Part shown: positions 1 to 9,303 of the stretch, piece by piece
Layout of the letters: each line of letters begins with the position of its first letter
Position numbering within the stretch: the first letter of the stretch is position 1
Assembly: GCA_963422735.1 (NCBI GenBank)
Contig: OY730476.1
Span: forward strand, 704,001-768,000
DNA length: 64,000 nt
Direction of reading: 5' to 3'
Origin: Candidatus Latescibacterota bacterium
GTDB taxonomy: Bacteria; Latescibacterota; UBA2968; UBA8231
The notes under the pieces: model-generated
Told to the model about the DNA's origin: nothing
Databases searched by the model: none
The model's input: only the letters and a program-made list of their open reading frames with translations
Program-made: the position numbers and the translations under genes

Positions 1-483
1 ATCAACGAAGATGGCTTTGTTTTTTTGCAGCGCGAGCACGTGCCGTATGGCGCGATACTAATCGACTTGCCCGATCCCCGCGAGGAGAGCTTGGCCAAGC
101 TCTATTCGGTCGAGGCCTATAGGCTGTGCCGCAAGTTGCTCAGCCCGCAAGGCGTCTTGGCGACCCAAGCTTCCAGCCCGTACCACGTCCGCGAGGCGTA
201 CTGGAGCATTGCCGCCGCCTTGGAGGAAGCGGGCTTTGCCATCCACTCTTATCACTTGCACGTGCCCTCTTTTGGCGAGTGGGGATTCCACTTGGCGGGA
301 CCCGCCGGGCTAGATCCGACGGCAGTCGCCTTTGCGGTTCCCACTCGCTATCTCGACCGCCAAGTCTGGGGTGCTCTCGCGGTTTTTGACGGCGATATGG
401 CCCGCTTGCCCGTGCAGGCCAACCGACTTGATAGGCCGGTGCTGGCGCGTTATTATCGACAGGGTTGGGGTACTCAGTTTTGA
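1..483 (+). CDS. Spermidine synthase-like polyamine aminopropyltransferase, C-terminal part (5' end outside window)
   Basis: ILIDLPDP..LAKLYS.E.Y and HVPSFGEWGF motifs of membrane-type SpeE-like proteins; frame open from base 1. Confidence 0.85.
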   Translation: MNEDGFVFLQREHVPYGAILIDLPDPREESLAKLYSVEAYRLCRKLLSPQGVLATQASSPYHVREAYWSIAAALEEAGFAIHSYHLHVPSFGEWGFHLAGPAGLDPTAVAFAVPTRYLDRQVWGALAVFDGDMARLPVQANRLDRPVLARYYRQGWGTQF

Positions 484-496
484 AAGGACATGCCAG

Positions 497-1045
497 ATGG
501 GTTTAAGGAAATGGTTCGGCGGTCGCCAAAGCGAAGACGAACAGGCGTATGAGGAGTATTCGCTCAGCACCATGAAAGCAGGATTCTTAGTCGATTACGA
601 CCTCAAAACCTGGCAAGTCATAGGCCGTGGAACCTATGACTACGATGGTTATACTACCGAGGAATGGGAATTGCAGGCCGATGATCAGGTGCGCTTCTTA
701 GAGCGCGCCGTAGAAGATGGCAAAGTCTATTGGACCTTGACGCGGGCGATTGGCATCGATGAGGTTGAGGGCGACATTGCGGCGGCGATTATCGCCAACG
801 GCGACCCGCCTGAAGCCGTGCGATTTGCGGGCGATGAATACGTGGGGAGCACGAGCGAGGCCGGCCTGTACCGCAAAGACGGCACCGATGCAGAGCGCGA
901 ATTTGTCAATTGGTCGTTTGAAGGGGAAGAAGGCAAGGTGCTCTTCATCAGCCAGTGGGGCGAGCGCGAATTTGCCGCATACGCGGGCTTGGAGGTAGAG
1001 GAATACCAATTCACCGACATCTTGCCGGTGGAGGAGGGCACTTGA
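497..1045 (+). CDS. DUF4178-family protein
   Basis: ATG at 497 after AAAGGA; GFLVDYDLKTWQV, EEWEL and LFISQWGE patterns; typical DUF350/SpeE-like neighbourhood. Confidence 0.7.
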   Translation: MGLRKWFGGRQSEDEQAYEEYSLSTMKAGFLVDYDLKTWQVIGRGTYDYDGYTTEEWELQADDQVRFLERAVEDGKVYWTLTRAIGIDEVEGDIAAAIIANGDPPEAVRFAGDEYVGSTSEAGLYRKDGTDAEREFVNWSFEGEEGKVLFISQWGEREFAAYAGLEVEEYQFTDILPVEEGT

Positions 1046-1046
1046 A

Positions 1047-1754
1047 ATGGCTTGGCGCATAGCGGTCTTGGTGCTGTGGGGTCTGATTGCCTGTGGGGGT
1101 TCCAAAGACCCAGTGAGAAAGCTAGTGCGCGATTTAGATCGCTACCCCGAGTATTCCCTGATCGTCGATGATACCCGCATCGAAGATGGCTCGTTTTTTC
1201 CCGACTACGCCCTGCGCTTTCAGGTGTTGACCGCTTCGGGACAGCGCGTCGCCGGGCGCGACACCATCGTCTATCAGGAGCGCCGCACCGATTGGATGGA
1301 AGTCAGCGAAGAGATATTCTACCGCTACGAAAACTACGTTGGCATGGTGGTGGCCTCCAAGTCGCTAGACGGCCGCCGCACCGGTACCAATCAAGCCCAC
1401 CCGCCCGGCTATCAGTACGTCGGCAATCCCCAATACGGGTTTTGGGGCGGCGGCGGGTTTTGGCAATTCTACGGCCAGTACGCCCTGATGCGCGACTTAA
1501 TGGGGGGGTGGGGCGTTGGCCGGGGCGATTGGGAGGACTACCGCCGCTCTCGAGAACGGGGCAGCCCGTACTACGGGCCGGTAAAAGGAGGCCGGCCCGC
1601 TTTTGGGTCGCGCGGCTCGCAAACCCAAAAGACGCGACCACAATTCTACCAGCGTCAGCAAAGCCGCCGCCAAGCCTTTAGTGGCCAAGTCAAAAACCGC
1701 ATGGGCCGCACCACTTCCGGGTGGGGACGCGGTGCCTCGCGCTCTGGAAAATAG
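1047..1754 (+). CDS. Lipoprotein with Gly/Tyr/Arg-rich low-complexity C-terminus
   Basis: Lipobox LIAC; PPGYQYVGNPQYG.W..FWQFYGQYA motif; tail GWGRGASRSGK. Confidence 0.7.
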   Translation: MAWRIAVLVLWGLIACGGSKDPVRKLVRDLDRYPEYSLIVDDTRIEDGSFFPDYALRFQVLTASGQRVAGRDTIVYQERRTDWMEVSEEIFYRYENYVGMVVASKSLDGRRTGTNQAHPPGYQYVGNPQYGFWGGGGFWQFYGQYALMRDLMGGWGVGRGDWEDYRRSRERGSPYYGPVKGGRPAFGSRGSQTQKTRPQFYQRQQSRRQAFSGQVKNRMGRTTSGWGRGASRSGK

Positions 1755-1764
1755 GGAGAACGCA

Positions 1765-2607
1765 GTGGACAATATAGTGCAGATGGCCCAGACCTTAGTC
1801 TATCTCTTAGAGGCTTTTGTCTTGCTCTTTGTCGCCAAGCAGGTCTATGCCCGGGTTTTTCGCCGGGTCGATCTCAAGGACGAACTCTATGGCCGCAACA
1901 ACCACGCGCTGGCCGTGGCGGTAGGCGGTTATTGCTTTGGGATTTGCTTGGCGCTGGGGGGGGCGTTGAGCGGCCCTTCGCTCGGCTGGCAAGACGACCT
2001 GCTTGGCATCGCCCAGTACGGCCTCTTGGCGATTGTCTTGATGCTCGTCGCCGGCGTACTCTGCGAGCGAGTGCTCCTACCCCACTTCGACAATCGCAAG
2101 GAGGTCGTCGAGGATCAGAATATGGGGACGGCCTTTGTCGAGGCGGGGATGCACATCGCCAATGGCCTGATTGTCCTAGCCATCATGCAGGGCGAGGGGC
2201 CGCTGTGGAGCGGCGTGGCTTTCTGGCTACTGGCCCAAGTGGTGCTGGTGGTGGCCGGGTTGCTCTACGAGTGGATTACCCCGCATTCGGTCCACCGCGA
2301 GCTAGAGCGCGATAATGCCGCGGTCGGCTTGGCGTTCGGCGGTGTGCTGGTGGGCATGGGCAATATCGTCAGCATCGCCGTGGCCGGCGACTACGCAGGG
2401 TGGATCGTCGGCCTCCAAACCTTTGGCGTGGATGTGGGGTTTGGTTTTGTCGCGCTCTACGCCATCCACAAATTGACCGATGTGCTCTTGGCACCTAGTG
2501 TTCGCTTGGGTGCCGAACAGGTCGAGGAGCAGCCTAATGTGGGGGCTGGGCTTATAGAGGCCTTTGGCTACGTGGGCGGATCGACCCTAGTCGTCTGGAT
2601 CTTCTGA
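1765..2607 (+). CDS. DUF350 (YjfL-like) multi-pass membrane protein with repeated units
   Basis: GTG start after GGGAG; repeated 'EL/EV..D/N.N.A.A/G' units with TM helices. Confidence 0.75.
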   Translation: MDNIVQMAQTLVYLLEAFVLLFVAKQVYARVFRRVDLKDELYGRNNHALAVAVGGYCFGICLALGGALSGPSLGWQDDLLGIAQYGLLAIVLMLVAGVLCERVLLPHFDNRKEVVEDQNMGTAFVEAGMHIANGLIVLAIMQGEGPLWSGVAFWLLAQVVLVVAGLLYEWITPHSVHRELERDNAAVGLAFGGVLVGMGNIVSIAVAGDYAGWIVGLQTFGVDVGFGFVALYAIHKLTDVLLAPSVRLGAEQVEEQPNVGAGLIEAFGYVGGSTLVVWIF

Positions 2608-2617
2608 ACTATCTCCG

Positions 2618-3622
2618 CTAACTTCGACGCCACTGCCACAGCAGAGTCGGCCCGCCGAGGAGGATGTAGGTCAGGGTTGCTAAAGCATGGGTCAACGTGG
2701 CGCAGGCCAAAGCGGTGGCAAGGGGCACTGTGTAGAGGCGGTGCAGGGCCTCGCCGAAGAGAAGGTGATACGAGCCGATCGCCCCCGGCGTCGGAACGAT
2801 CACTCCTATGGACGATATGGCCATGACTACCAATGCTGCTGCTGCATCGAGATCGTATGTTTGGTGCAAACCCATGCCGATAAAGGCCGCGTAAACAATG
2901 AACACGTAGGCTGCGTTGAGCAGGATCGAACTGACGAGGATTTCGAGGTGCGCCGTCGGCTGTTGCCGCAGGGCGGAAAGCCCGCTGATGAAGGTCTCGA
3001 TGATTTCGAGGACCCGCTCGCCGTGCCCCCAAGCGAGCCGAACGAGCAGCGGGCGCATTCTAGCTAAAATGTTTTCCCGATAAACCGATACCAAGACCAA
3101 GGCACTCAGCGCGACCAAGCACCCGGCTAGGGCCAACAGGCCGATAGTGTCCCGATCTGCACCGGCCGGCATCCAAAGCACGGGCAGGGCAATATCGATA
3201 TAGACAATGAGCCAAAACAAGACGATGAGCCAAAACAGATCGAGAATGCGCTCCACCACTATCGTGGCCATCAAAGCGCTAATGCTCGCCCCAGAGGTCC
3301 ACTTGAGGCTGACACACCGCAGGACCTCGCCCGAGCGCGGCACGATCACATTAGCTGCATAGCATATAGCTAAGGCGAGCGACGCATTGAGGTTGCTCAC
3401 TTGCGGCGCAAAGGGCCGCATGAGGACCATCCAGCGCCAAGCCCTCAAGACCAAGGTCCCCAGCGTCGCGACGCATATAACAGCGGCCCAAACCGGCGAA
3501 ATGCCGGTCATGGCATCCCATAGTTCTCCGCGATTTATTCCCTCAAAGGCCCAAAAAATAAAAAGCCCCATCAAGCCTAGGCTTAGCCCATACTGAAGGG
3601 CTTGTCTCAGTATCTTGTGCAT
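2618..3622 (-). CDS. Lysylphosphatidylglycerol synthase TM-domain / UPF0104 flippase-like protein
   Basis: LRAWRW..L, N.IVP.RSGEVLR, VVERILD and PTPGAIG motifs. Confidence 0.85.
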   Translation of the reverse strand: MHKILRQALQYGLSLGLMGLFIFWAFEGINRGELWDAMTGISPVWAAVICVATLGTLVLRAWRWMVLMRPFAPQVSNLNASLALAICYAANVIVPRSGEVLRCVSLKWTSGASISALMATIVVERILDLFWLIVLFWLIVYIDIALPVLWMPAGADRDTIGLLALAGCLVALSALVLVSVYRENILARMRPLLVRLAWGHGERVLEIIETFISGLSALRQQPTAHLEILVSSILLNAAYVFIVYAAFIGMGLHQTYDLDAAAALVVMAISSIGVIVPTPGAIGSYHLLFGEALHRLYTVPLATALACATLTHALATLTYILLGGPTLLWQWRRS

Positions 3623-3698
3623 CGCGCTTGCAAACGCAAAACAGGGCGTCTGGCGATCCCTTGGTGCATGGCGGAAGGAATAGGCTGGGTAGGTTTGT

Positions 3699-4319
3699 TC
3701 AAGCCTGTATGGGTTGAATTTTGCCCATTCTCTCTAATAGGTCGATGATCTGCGCGGCCGCCTCCGAGGGCGTTGCTGTGTCGGTTTCGATGACCAACTC
3801 GGGATTTTCTGGATCCTCATAAGGGTCTGAAACACCGGTAAAATTGGGTATCTCACCGGCTTGTGCTTTTTTGTAGAGGCCCTTGGGGTCGCGCTCGGCG
3901 CATACTTCGACCGGAGCGCTGATGAAAATTTCGACGAAATCGCCTTCTGCCATAAGGGATCGCACCCCGTCGCGGTCGGCTCGATAGGGGCTGACAAAGC
4001 TGGCGAGGATTAGGAACCCCCCATCGACGAAAAGCTTTCCTACCTCGCCGATCCGCCGGATATTTTCCGCCCGGTCCTCGGCAGAAAAGCCCAGGTTTTT
4101 GTTGAGCCCAAAGCGGATGTTGTCGCCGTCTAGCACATAGGCCAAATGGCCGCGGGCGACCAAGGCGTGTTCGACGGTATAGGCAATCGTGCTTTTGCCC
4201 GAACTCGGCAAGCCTGTCAGCCAGAGCAATACCCCTTGTTGGCGCAACAAGCTCTCGCGTTGCTCGCGGCTGACATGGCCCTCGTGTCGGACGATATTGG
4301 TCGCTTTAATAGCGGTCAA
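3699..4319 (-). CDS. cysC: Adenylyl-sulfate kinase
   Basis: WLTGLPSSGKST, LDGDNIR, RDPKGLY and FTGVSDPYE motifs. Confidence 0.95.
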   Translation of the reverse strand: MTAIKATNIVRHEGHVSREQRESLLRQQGVLLWLTGLPSSGKSTIAYTVEHALVARGHLAYVLDGDNIRFGLNKNLGFSAEDRAENIRRIGEVGKLFVDGGFLILASFVSPYRADRDGVRSLMAEGDFVEIFISAPVEVCAERDPKGLYKKAQAGEIPNFTGVSDPYEDPENPELVIETDTATPSEAAAQIIDLLERMGKIQPIQA

Positions 4320-4517
4320 AGTTCACCTCGTGAGTTTAGAAGCTGTCTGAAAATCCCTCGCGGCCTGTCGCGCCTGCTTCGCCCTGCCTTTAGGCAGGAC
4401 CGGCGCGGTGAAGCAGACCGCTTCTTAGAGATAAATTCCATAGAAAACTCATAATAACGACCATACGGCCTCGGTTCGTCAAGGAATTGGCAGCGGCGCG
4501 AGCAGGGCTGTTTTTAA

Positions 4518-4547
4518 TTGACGGCTAATAGTCTATATATTTATACT
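4518..4547 (+). promoter_or_regulatory. Sigma70-type promoter (TTGACG-18-TATACT)
   Basis: Near-consensus hexamers upstream of ATG 4599. Confidence 0.55.
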
Positions 4548-4598
4548 AATGGCAATGCACAGTACAAGCGCATCTCACCAAGTGGAGGAGGCAAGCAT

Positions 4599-5525
4599 AT
4601 GAAAATTGCAATTAGCATCACCTGTGCGGCCCTGCTGGCAACGGCAAGTGACGGGGTCGTCAACATTCAGAATGTGGGTTCGGGGGCACGGGCCCAGGGG
4701 TTGGGCAACAGCTTTGTGGCGGTGGCCGACAATGCGGATGCCGTGTTTGCCAATCCGGCCGGGTTGGGTCAGGTGGCTCAGCGTCAGGTGGCCTACACCA
4801 ATGTATCGCTTTTGTATGCGGGTATTGAAGGCGACGATCTGGGTCAGCACGTGGTCTCCTATGCACAGCCTTTGGGTGACCGGATGGGCTTGGGTTTGGG
4901 TTATGAGCGGATTGGCTCGTCGCTGATGAGCGAGAACGGGGCGTTTGTGTCGCTGTCGTATCAGGTGCAGCGTCGGCTGCAGGTGGGGTTGTCGGCCAAG
5001 TATCTGTTTTGGAGTGTGGGGTCAATTCCCGACGATGAGGGTCGGCCTGATCCGCTGTCGAACCAGCGTGCGGGCAACGTAGGCTTGGATTTGGGTTTGC
5101 TGTGGCAGAGTCCGGTGCAAGGGGCACAGGTGGGGGTGTTGTTGAAGAATATCAACCAGCCGAATGTGGCGTATGGCGAGGTTGCAGGGGACGCGGATGC
5201 GGGTACGTTGCCGATGGATGTGCATGTGGGGGTGGGGTATCGTCTGAGCAGTCAGTCGTTGGTGTCGGTTCAATACGTGCGTCGGGACTTGACGGGGGAG
5301 GGCTCGGATCAGGGGTTGGTTGTTGGTGGGGAGACGCAGTTGGTGGAGGGGTTGCTGTTGCGGGCGGGGGGTCGTCGTTTGTTGTCTGAGGACGCCGGAG
5401 GGGGCTTGAATGCGGGGTTGGGCTATCAGTGGAATCAGTTGGTGTTCGACTATGCCTATGACATCGGCTTGGATCTGACCGAGACCAATGGCGCACACCG
5501 GTTTTCCTTTGCTTATGAATTCTAA
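4599..5525 (+). CDS. Outer-membrane beta-barrel, PorV/PorQ (FadL-like) family
   Basis: SD GGAGG; signal peptide; GARAQGLGNSFVAVADNADAVFANPAGL; ends HRFSFAYEF (C-terminal Phe). Confidence 0.8.
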   Translation: MKIAISITCAALLATASDGVVNIQNVGSGARAQGLGNSFVAVADNADAVFANPAGLGQVAQRQVAYTNVSLLYAGIEGDDLGQHVVSYAQPLGDRMGLGLGYERIGSSLMSENGAFVSLSYQVQRRLQVGLSAKYLFWSVGSIPDDEGRPDPLSNQRAGNVGLDLGLLWQSPVQGAQVGVLLKNINQPNVAYGEVAGDADAGTLPMDVHVGVGYRLSSQSLVSVQYVRRDLTGEGSDQGLVVGGETQLVEGLLLRAGGRRLLSEDAGGGLNAGLGYQWNQLVFDYAYDIGLDLTETNGAHRFSFAYEF

Positions 5526-5545
5526 ACCCAAAAAAGACTCTGATT

Positions 5546-5581
5546 AAAAAAGGCCGTCCCCGAAGCGGGATGGCCTTTTTG
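5546..5581. terminator. Bidirectional rho-independent terminator
   Basis: AAAAAAGGCCGTCCC-CGAAGC-GGGATGGCCTTTTT between convergent genes. Confidence 0.85.
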
Positions 5582-5582
5582 T

Positions 5583-6317
5583 CTATTCTACTATGTCTTC
5601 ATCCACATCCGTCACTAGGGTGCCCAAGTCTTGACCGCGACAGATGCGCAAAATGGTTCCCTTGTCAGAGAAGTCAAAAAAGTGCATGGGTATCTTGTGA
5701 TCGCGCGCTAACAGAACCGAGGATTGATCGGCGATGGTGAGGTTTTCTTGGATGATCGTGTTGTAGTGCATCCGCCGGTACAGCCTCGCGTGGGGATCGG
5801 TGTGGGGGTCGGAGGTAAAGATGCCGCCGACTTGATTTTTGGCAAAAAGCAGGGCTTGGGACCGCGTCTCAATCGCGCGATGGGCCGCCGTGTAATCCGT
5901 AGTGACGTACGGATTGCCAATACCGGCGGCAAAGATGACGATGTAGTGCTTCTCTAGGTGGTGAATCGCGCGCAGTCGAATAAAAGGCTCGGCTACCGCG
6001 TTGATGGGAATGGCGCTCATCACCCGGACTTCGACATCGGATTTAGAGGTGAGGACCCCGCGCAGCATCAGACTGTTGATCACCGTACCCATCATGCCGA
6101 TGTTGTCGGCTTCGGCCCGTTCAATACCCCACTGACTGGCGAGTGTGCCGCGGAATATATTGCCGCCGCCAATAACGACGGATATTTCGACCCCACAGGC
6201 GTGCAAGCTGAGGGCTTCGTCGGCAATGTACTCTAGGGATTCGGGATCGAAGCCCACGTCGTGCGGGCCGGAGATGGCTTCCCCGCTCAGCTTGAGCAGG
6301 ACTCGCTGGTATCGCAT
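5583..6317 (-). CDS. pyrH: UMP kinase
   Basis: RVLLKLSGEA, GGGNIFRG, ADNIGMMGTVINS and NPYVTTD; start moved to ATG 6317. Confidence 0.9.
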   Translation of the reverse strand: MRYQRVLLKLSGEAISGPHDVGFDPESLEYIADEALSLHACGVEISVVIGGGNIFRGTLASQWGIERAEADNIGMMGTVINSLMLRGVLTSKSDVEVRVMSAIPINAVAEPFIRLRAIHHLEKHYIVIFAAGIGNPYVTTDYTAAHRAIETRSQALLFAKNQVGGIFTSDPHTDPHARLYRRMHYNTIIQENLTIADQSSVLLARDHKIPMHFFDFSDKGTILRICRGQDLGTLVTDVDEDIVE

Positions 6318-6322
6318 GGAAG

Positions 6323-7750
6323 TCAGAGCAGTCGCCCCTTTTCGATTGTGTGCGCTTCTGGATAGGCTGCGGCCAATTCCTCTACCCGGCCGACGAAAAG
6401 CTCGACTTGCTGGGTGGCCGCGCCCGTGAGGCAACGACTGCGGGAGACCGTGGTGGCGATCTCCTCTTCGCTGAGTGGAAAGCGAGGATCCGCACCCAAG
6501 CGACGCGCCAGCTCGCTGGTGTTCCGGCCTTGTTCGCGCATATCGATAGCCGCGGCCAGTGCATGCTCTCTAAGTGCGGTGTGGGCCTGTTCGCGGCCGG
6601 CACCGCGTTGGATGGCTTCCATCAGCAGCGTCGTGGTGGCAAGGAAGGGCAGATAGCGGTCTAGATCGCGGGCAATTACCGCTTCATAGACGCCCATCTC
6701 GTCGAGGATGTGGAGCGTGGTTTCGAGCATGCCATCAAAAGCAAAGAACCCATCGGGGAGGGCCACGCGGCGCACGACTGAGCAGGAGACATCCCCTTCA
6801 AACCACTGGTCGCCGGCCAGTGCGCCCAACATGTGGACATAACCGCCGAGGACGACCTGCAACCCATTGACCCGCTCGCTGCTGCGGGTATTCATTTTGT
6901 GCGGCATGGCCGAAGAGCCGACCTGCCCGGCAGCAAAGCCCTCGGTTAGCATGTCGTGGCCGGCCATCAGGCGGATCGCACGGGCCAGATTGGCAATGCC
7001 AGCCCCGAGCTGGTAGAGGCAGCTCAGCACCTCAAAGTCAAGGCTGCGGGGATAGACTTGGCCGACAGCCCCCAGTTCCCGTTGGAAGCCGAGGTGGTGC
7101 CGCACTCGGCTTTGGAGTTGGCCGAGCTTGTCGGCGTTGTTGGCGAGCAAAGTCAGTTGATCGATAGCTGTGCCGACTGCGCCCTTTAGGCCCCGCAGGG
7201 GATAGCGTTGGCCGAGCTCGTTGAGGCGGTCAAAGGCGACTAGCATTTCCTCGCCGAACATGGCGAGGCGCTTGCCAAGCGTCGTGGGTTGCGCGGCCGC
7301 GTAGTGGGTCCGGCCGGCGACCGCGAGATCCTTCCATTGCAGCGCCCGTTGGCCTAGGCGCAAAAGGAGGGCCACGTACTTCACCTGCATTTGCTGCAAG
7401 GAGCGAAGAATCTGGTACTGCTCGACATTGTCGGTCAGATCGCGGCTGGTCATCCCCTTGTGAATGTGCTCGCAGCCGGCCAAGCTGCAAAACTCTTCGA
7501 TGCGCGCTTTGACATCGTGCCGCAAAACGGCTTCGCGGTGCGCGATGGATTTGAGGTCAACTTGATCCTTGACGCGCTCGTAGGCGCTTATGGCTGCGGC
7601 GGACACATCGAGCTTTAGGTCGCGCTGTGCTTTGAGGATGGCAATCCACAACTCGCGCTCGAGGACGATGCGACCCCGTTCAGACCACAGGTCTTGAATT
7701 GCTTGGCTAGCGTAGCGCTGGGCGAGGACATTGGCGATGGTTGTAGGCAT
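6323..7750 (-). CDS. purB: Adenylosuccinate lyase
   Basis: RHDVKA, HKGMTSRD, AQPTTLGKR and GSSAMPHKMN. Confidence 0.93.
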   Translation of the reverse strand: MPTTIANVLAQRYASQAIQDLWSERGRIVLERELWIAILKAQRDLKLDVSAAAISAYERVKDQVDLKSIAHREAVLRHDVKARIEEFCSLAGCEHIHKGMTSRDLTDNVEQYQILRSLQQMQVKYVALLLRLGQRALQWKDLAVAGRTHYAAAQPTTLGKRLAMFGEEMLVAFDRLNELGQRYPLRGLKGAVGTAIDQLTLLANNADKLGQLQSRVRHHLGFQRELGAVGQVYPRSLDFEVLSCLYQLGAGIANLARAIRLMAGHDMLTEGFAAGQVGSSAMPHKMNTRSSERVNGLQVVLGGYVHMLGALAGDQWFEGDVSCSVVRRVALPDGFFAFDGMLETTLHILDEMGVYEAVIARDLDRYLPFLATTTLLMEAIQRGAGREQAHTALREHALAAAIDMREQGRNTSELARRLGADPRFPLSEEEIATTVSRSRCLTGAATQQVELFVGRVEELAAAYPEAHTIEKGRLL

Positions 7751-7797
7751 GACGTGATTTATCATAAGCATTGCGCATCATCAATGCCAATAGCGCG

Positions 7798-9303
7798 TCA
7801 AATCAGCCCTAGCAGTCGCCAATAGAGCAGATTAAGCGGACAGAGCAAGAGCAAGGATGTCGTGGAAATAAGGCCTTGGGCAAGGACGATCTGCTGCATG
7901 GAGAGTTGCCGAAAACCATAGGCCACCATGAAAGGTGCCGACTGGTAGGGCAAGAAGGCTAGGGTCGTGGCCATAGCCACGCTGAATGCTGCTGGCAGCG
8001 GCGCGATCCCATGCTGAGCACCTAATTCGATCAGGGGGATGGTCGCCACGCCAGCCACCGCGGCGATATCCATCAGGAAATCGAGCGGCAGGGCGACCAA
8101 ACAAAGCGACAGGTGCTTGCCCAGCCAGCCGTATTCCTCCAACGCCAGATACTCGCCGAAAGACGCGATGAACAGGTGGTTAAATCCGGCCTCGTCCAAG
8201 GTGTGCCCCAACGTGAGCAGAGCGACAATGTAGGCGAGGAGCGCGAACCTTATCTTTAGCAAATCGCCAAAACGGAGCAGCCCCCAGCGCGGCCAGACGG
8301 ACAATACCACTAGACCCAAGCCAACATAGGCGGGTTGGATGTGATGTAAGAGATCGGTGGCCCACAAGCTTACTCCCGCAAGGAGAATGTATAGGGTGCG
8401 CCGCTGGACGCGAGTCAGCGGTGCGCTGCTCGGGGAAGGGGCCCGTTGGATGACATGGCCGTCGAGGTAACGGCCGAAAAGCAGCCATATCGCGCCGAGT
8501 GATACCAACGTTCGCAAAAAGCCGATGACCGGAAACATCCAATACAGCCAAGTGGCCCAAAATATGGGTGCGCCTTGGATTTTTTCATATTGGCCGGCCA
8601 AGACCAAGTTGGGCACGGAGCCGGTCAAAAGCCCACAACCACCGAAATACGTGCTGCAAAGCAGGGAGAGCAGCACGGCGGCCTTAAGATGCGACGATGG
8701 GCGAACGTGCAAACGCTCGATGAGGGCGATGCCAATCGGCATCAAGAACAGGACGCGGATTACCCCGGATGGAATCAGGAAGGCCGTCACCAGCCCGATC
8801 AGGTGCAATTGGCAGAGTAGGAAGAAGGGGCGTTGCGACAGACGAGACTGAAGCCAAGAAGCCAGCGCGTCTCCGAGGCCCGTTTTGGCCACCCCCAAGC
8901 TCAGGGCCATGCCAGCGAGGATGAGCCAGACAGTCTTGGAGAACAAAGCGGCTAGGCTCTGCTCAAAGCTCAGCAGACCAACGGCCGGGATCAGGACGAG
9001 CACCCCCGCCGAACTCAGCGCAATAGGTATGGGTTCCGTAGTCCAAAAAAATAGGGCAAACAGGGCGATGCCAAGGGCGTTTTGCACCGGGCTAGGTAGC
9101 GCGGCCAGAGGAGCGGCAAAGCCCAAGAAGAGGGCCGTGGTTCCAAACAGCAAGCCTACCCATTGTTTGGGTGCTAGCAGAGAGAGTCGGCGGAACAAGG
9201 GACCTTGTGGGACTTGGGGTGGAGCACAAATTAAAAAAAGGCTGGATTTTGGAAAGCGGCTCAAGCCTATTATTTTGCATAGAGGATACGTGCAATGGCT
9301 CAA
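7798..9303 (-). CDS. SLC13/DASS-family anion permease (true start probably near 9180)
   Basis: WTTEPIP, LIPSG..R and LTGSVPN motifs; many TM helices. Confidence 0.75.
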   Translation of the reverse strand: MSHCTYPLCKIIGLSRFPKSSLFLICAPPQVPQGPLFRRLSLLAPKQWVGLLFGTTALFLGFAAPLAALPSPVQNALGIALFALFFWTTEPIPIALSSAGVLVLIPAVGLLSFEQSLAALFSKTVWLILAGMALSLGVAKTGLGDALASWLQSRLSQRPFFLLCQLHLIGLVTAFLIPSGVIRVLFLMPIGIALIERLHVRPSSHLKAAVLLSLLCSTYFGGCGLLTGSVPNLVLAGQYEKIQGAPIFWATWLYWMFPVIGFLRTLVSLGAIWLLFGRYLDGHVIQRAPSPSSAPLTRVQRRTLYILLAGVSLWATDLLHHIQPAYVGLGLVVLSVWPRWGLLRFGDLLKIRFALLAYIVALLTLGHTLDEAGFNHLFIASFGEYLALEEYGWLGKHLSLCLVALPLDFLMDIAAVAGVATIPLIELGAQHGIAPLPAAFSVAMATTLAFLPYQSAPFMVAYGFRQLSMQQIVLAQGLISTTSLLLLCPLNLLYWRLLGLI

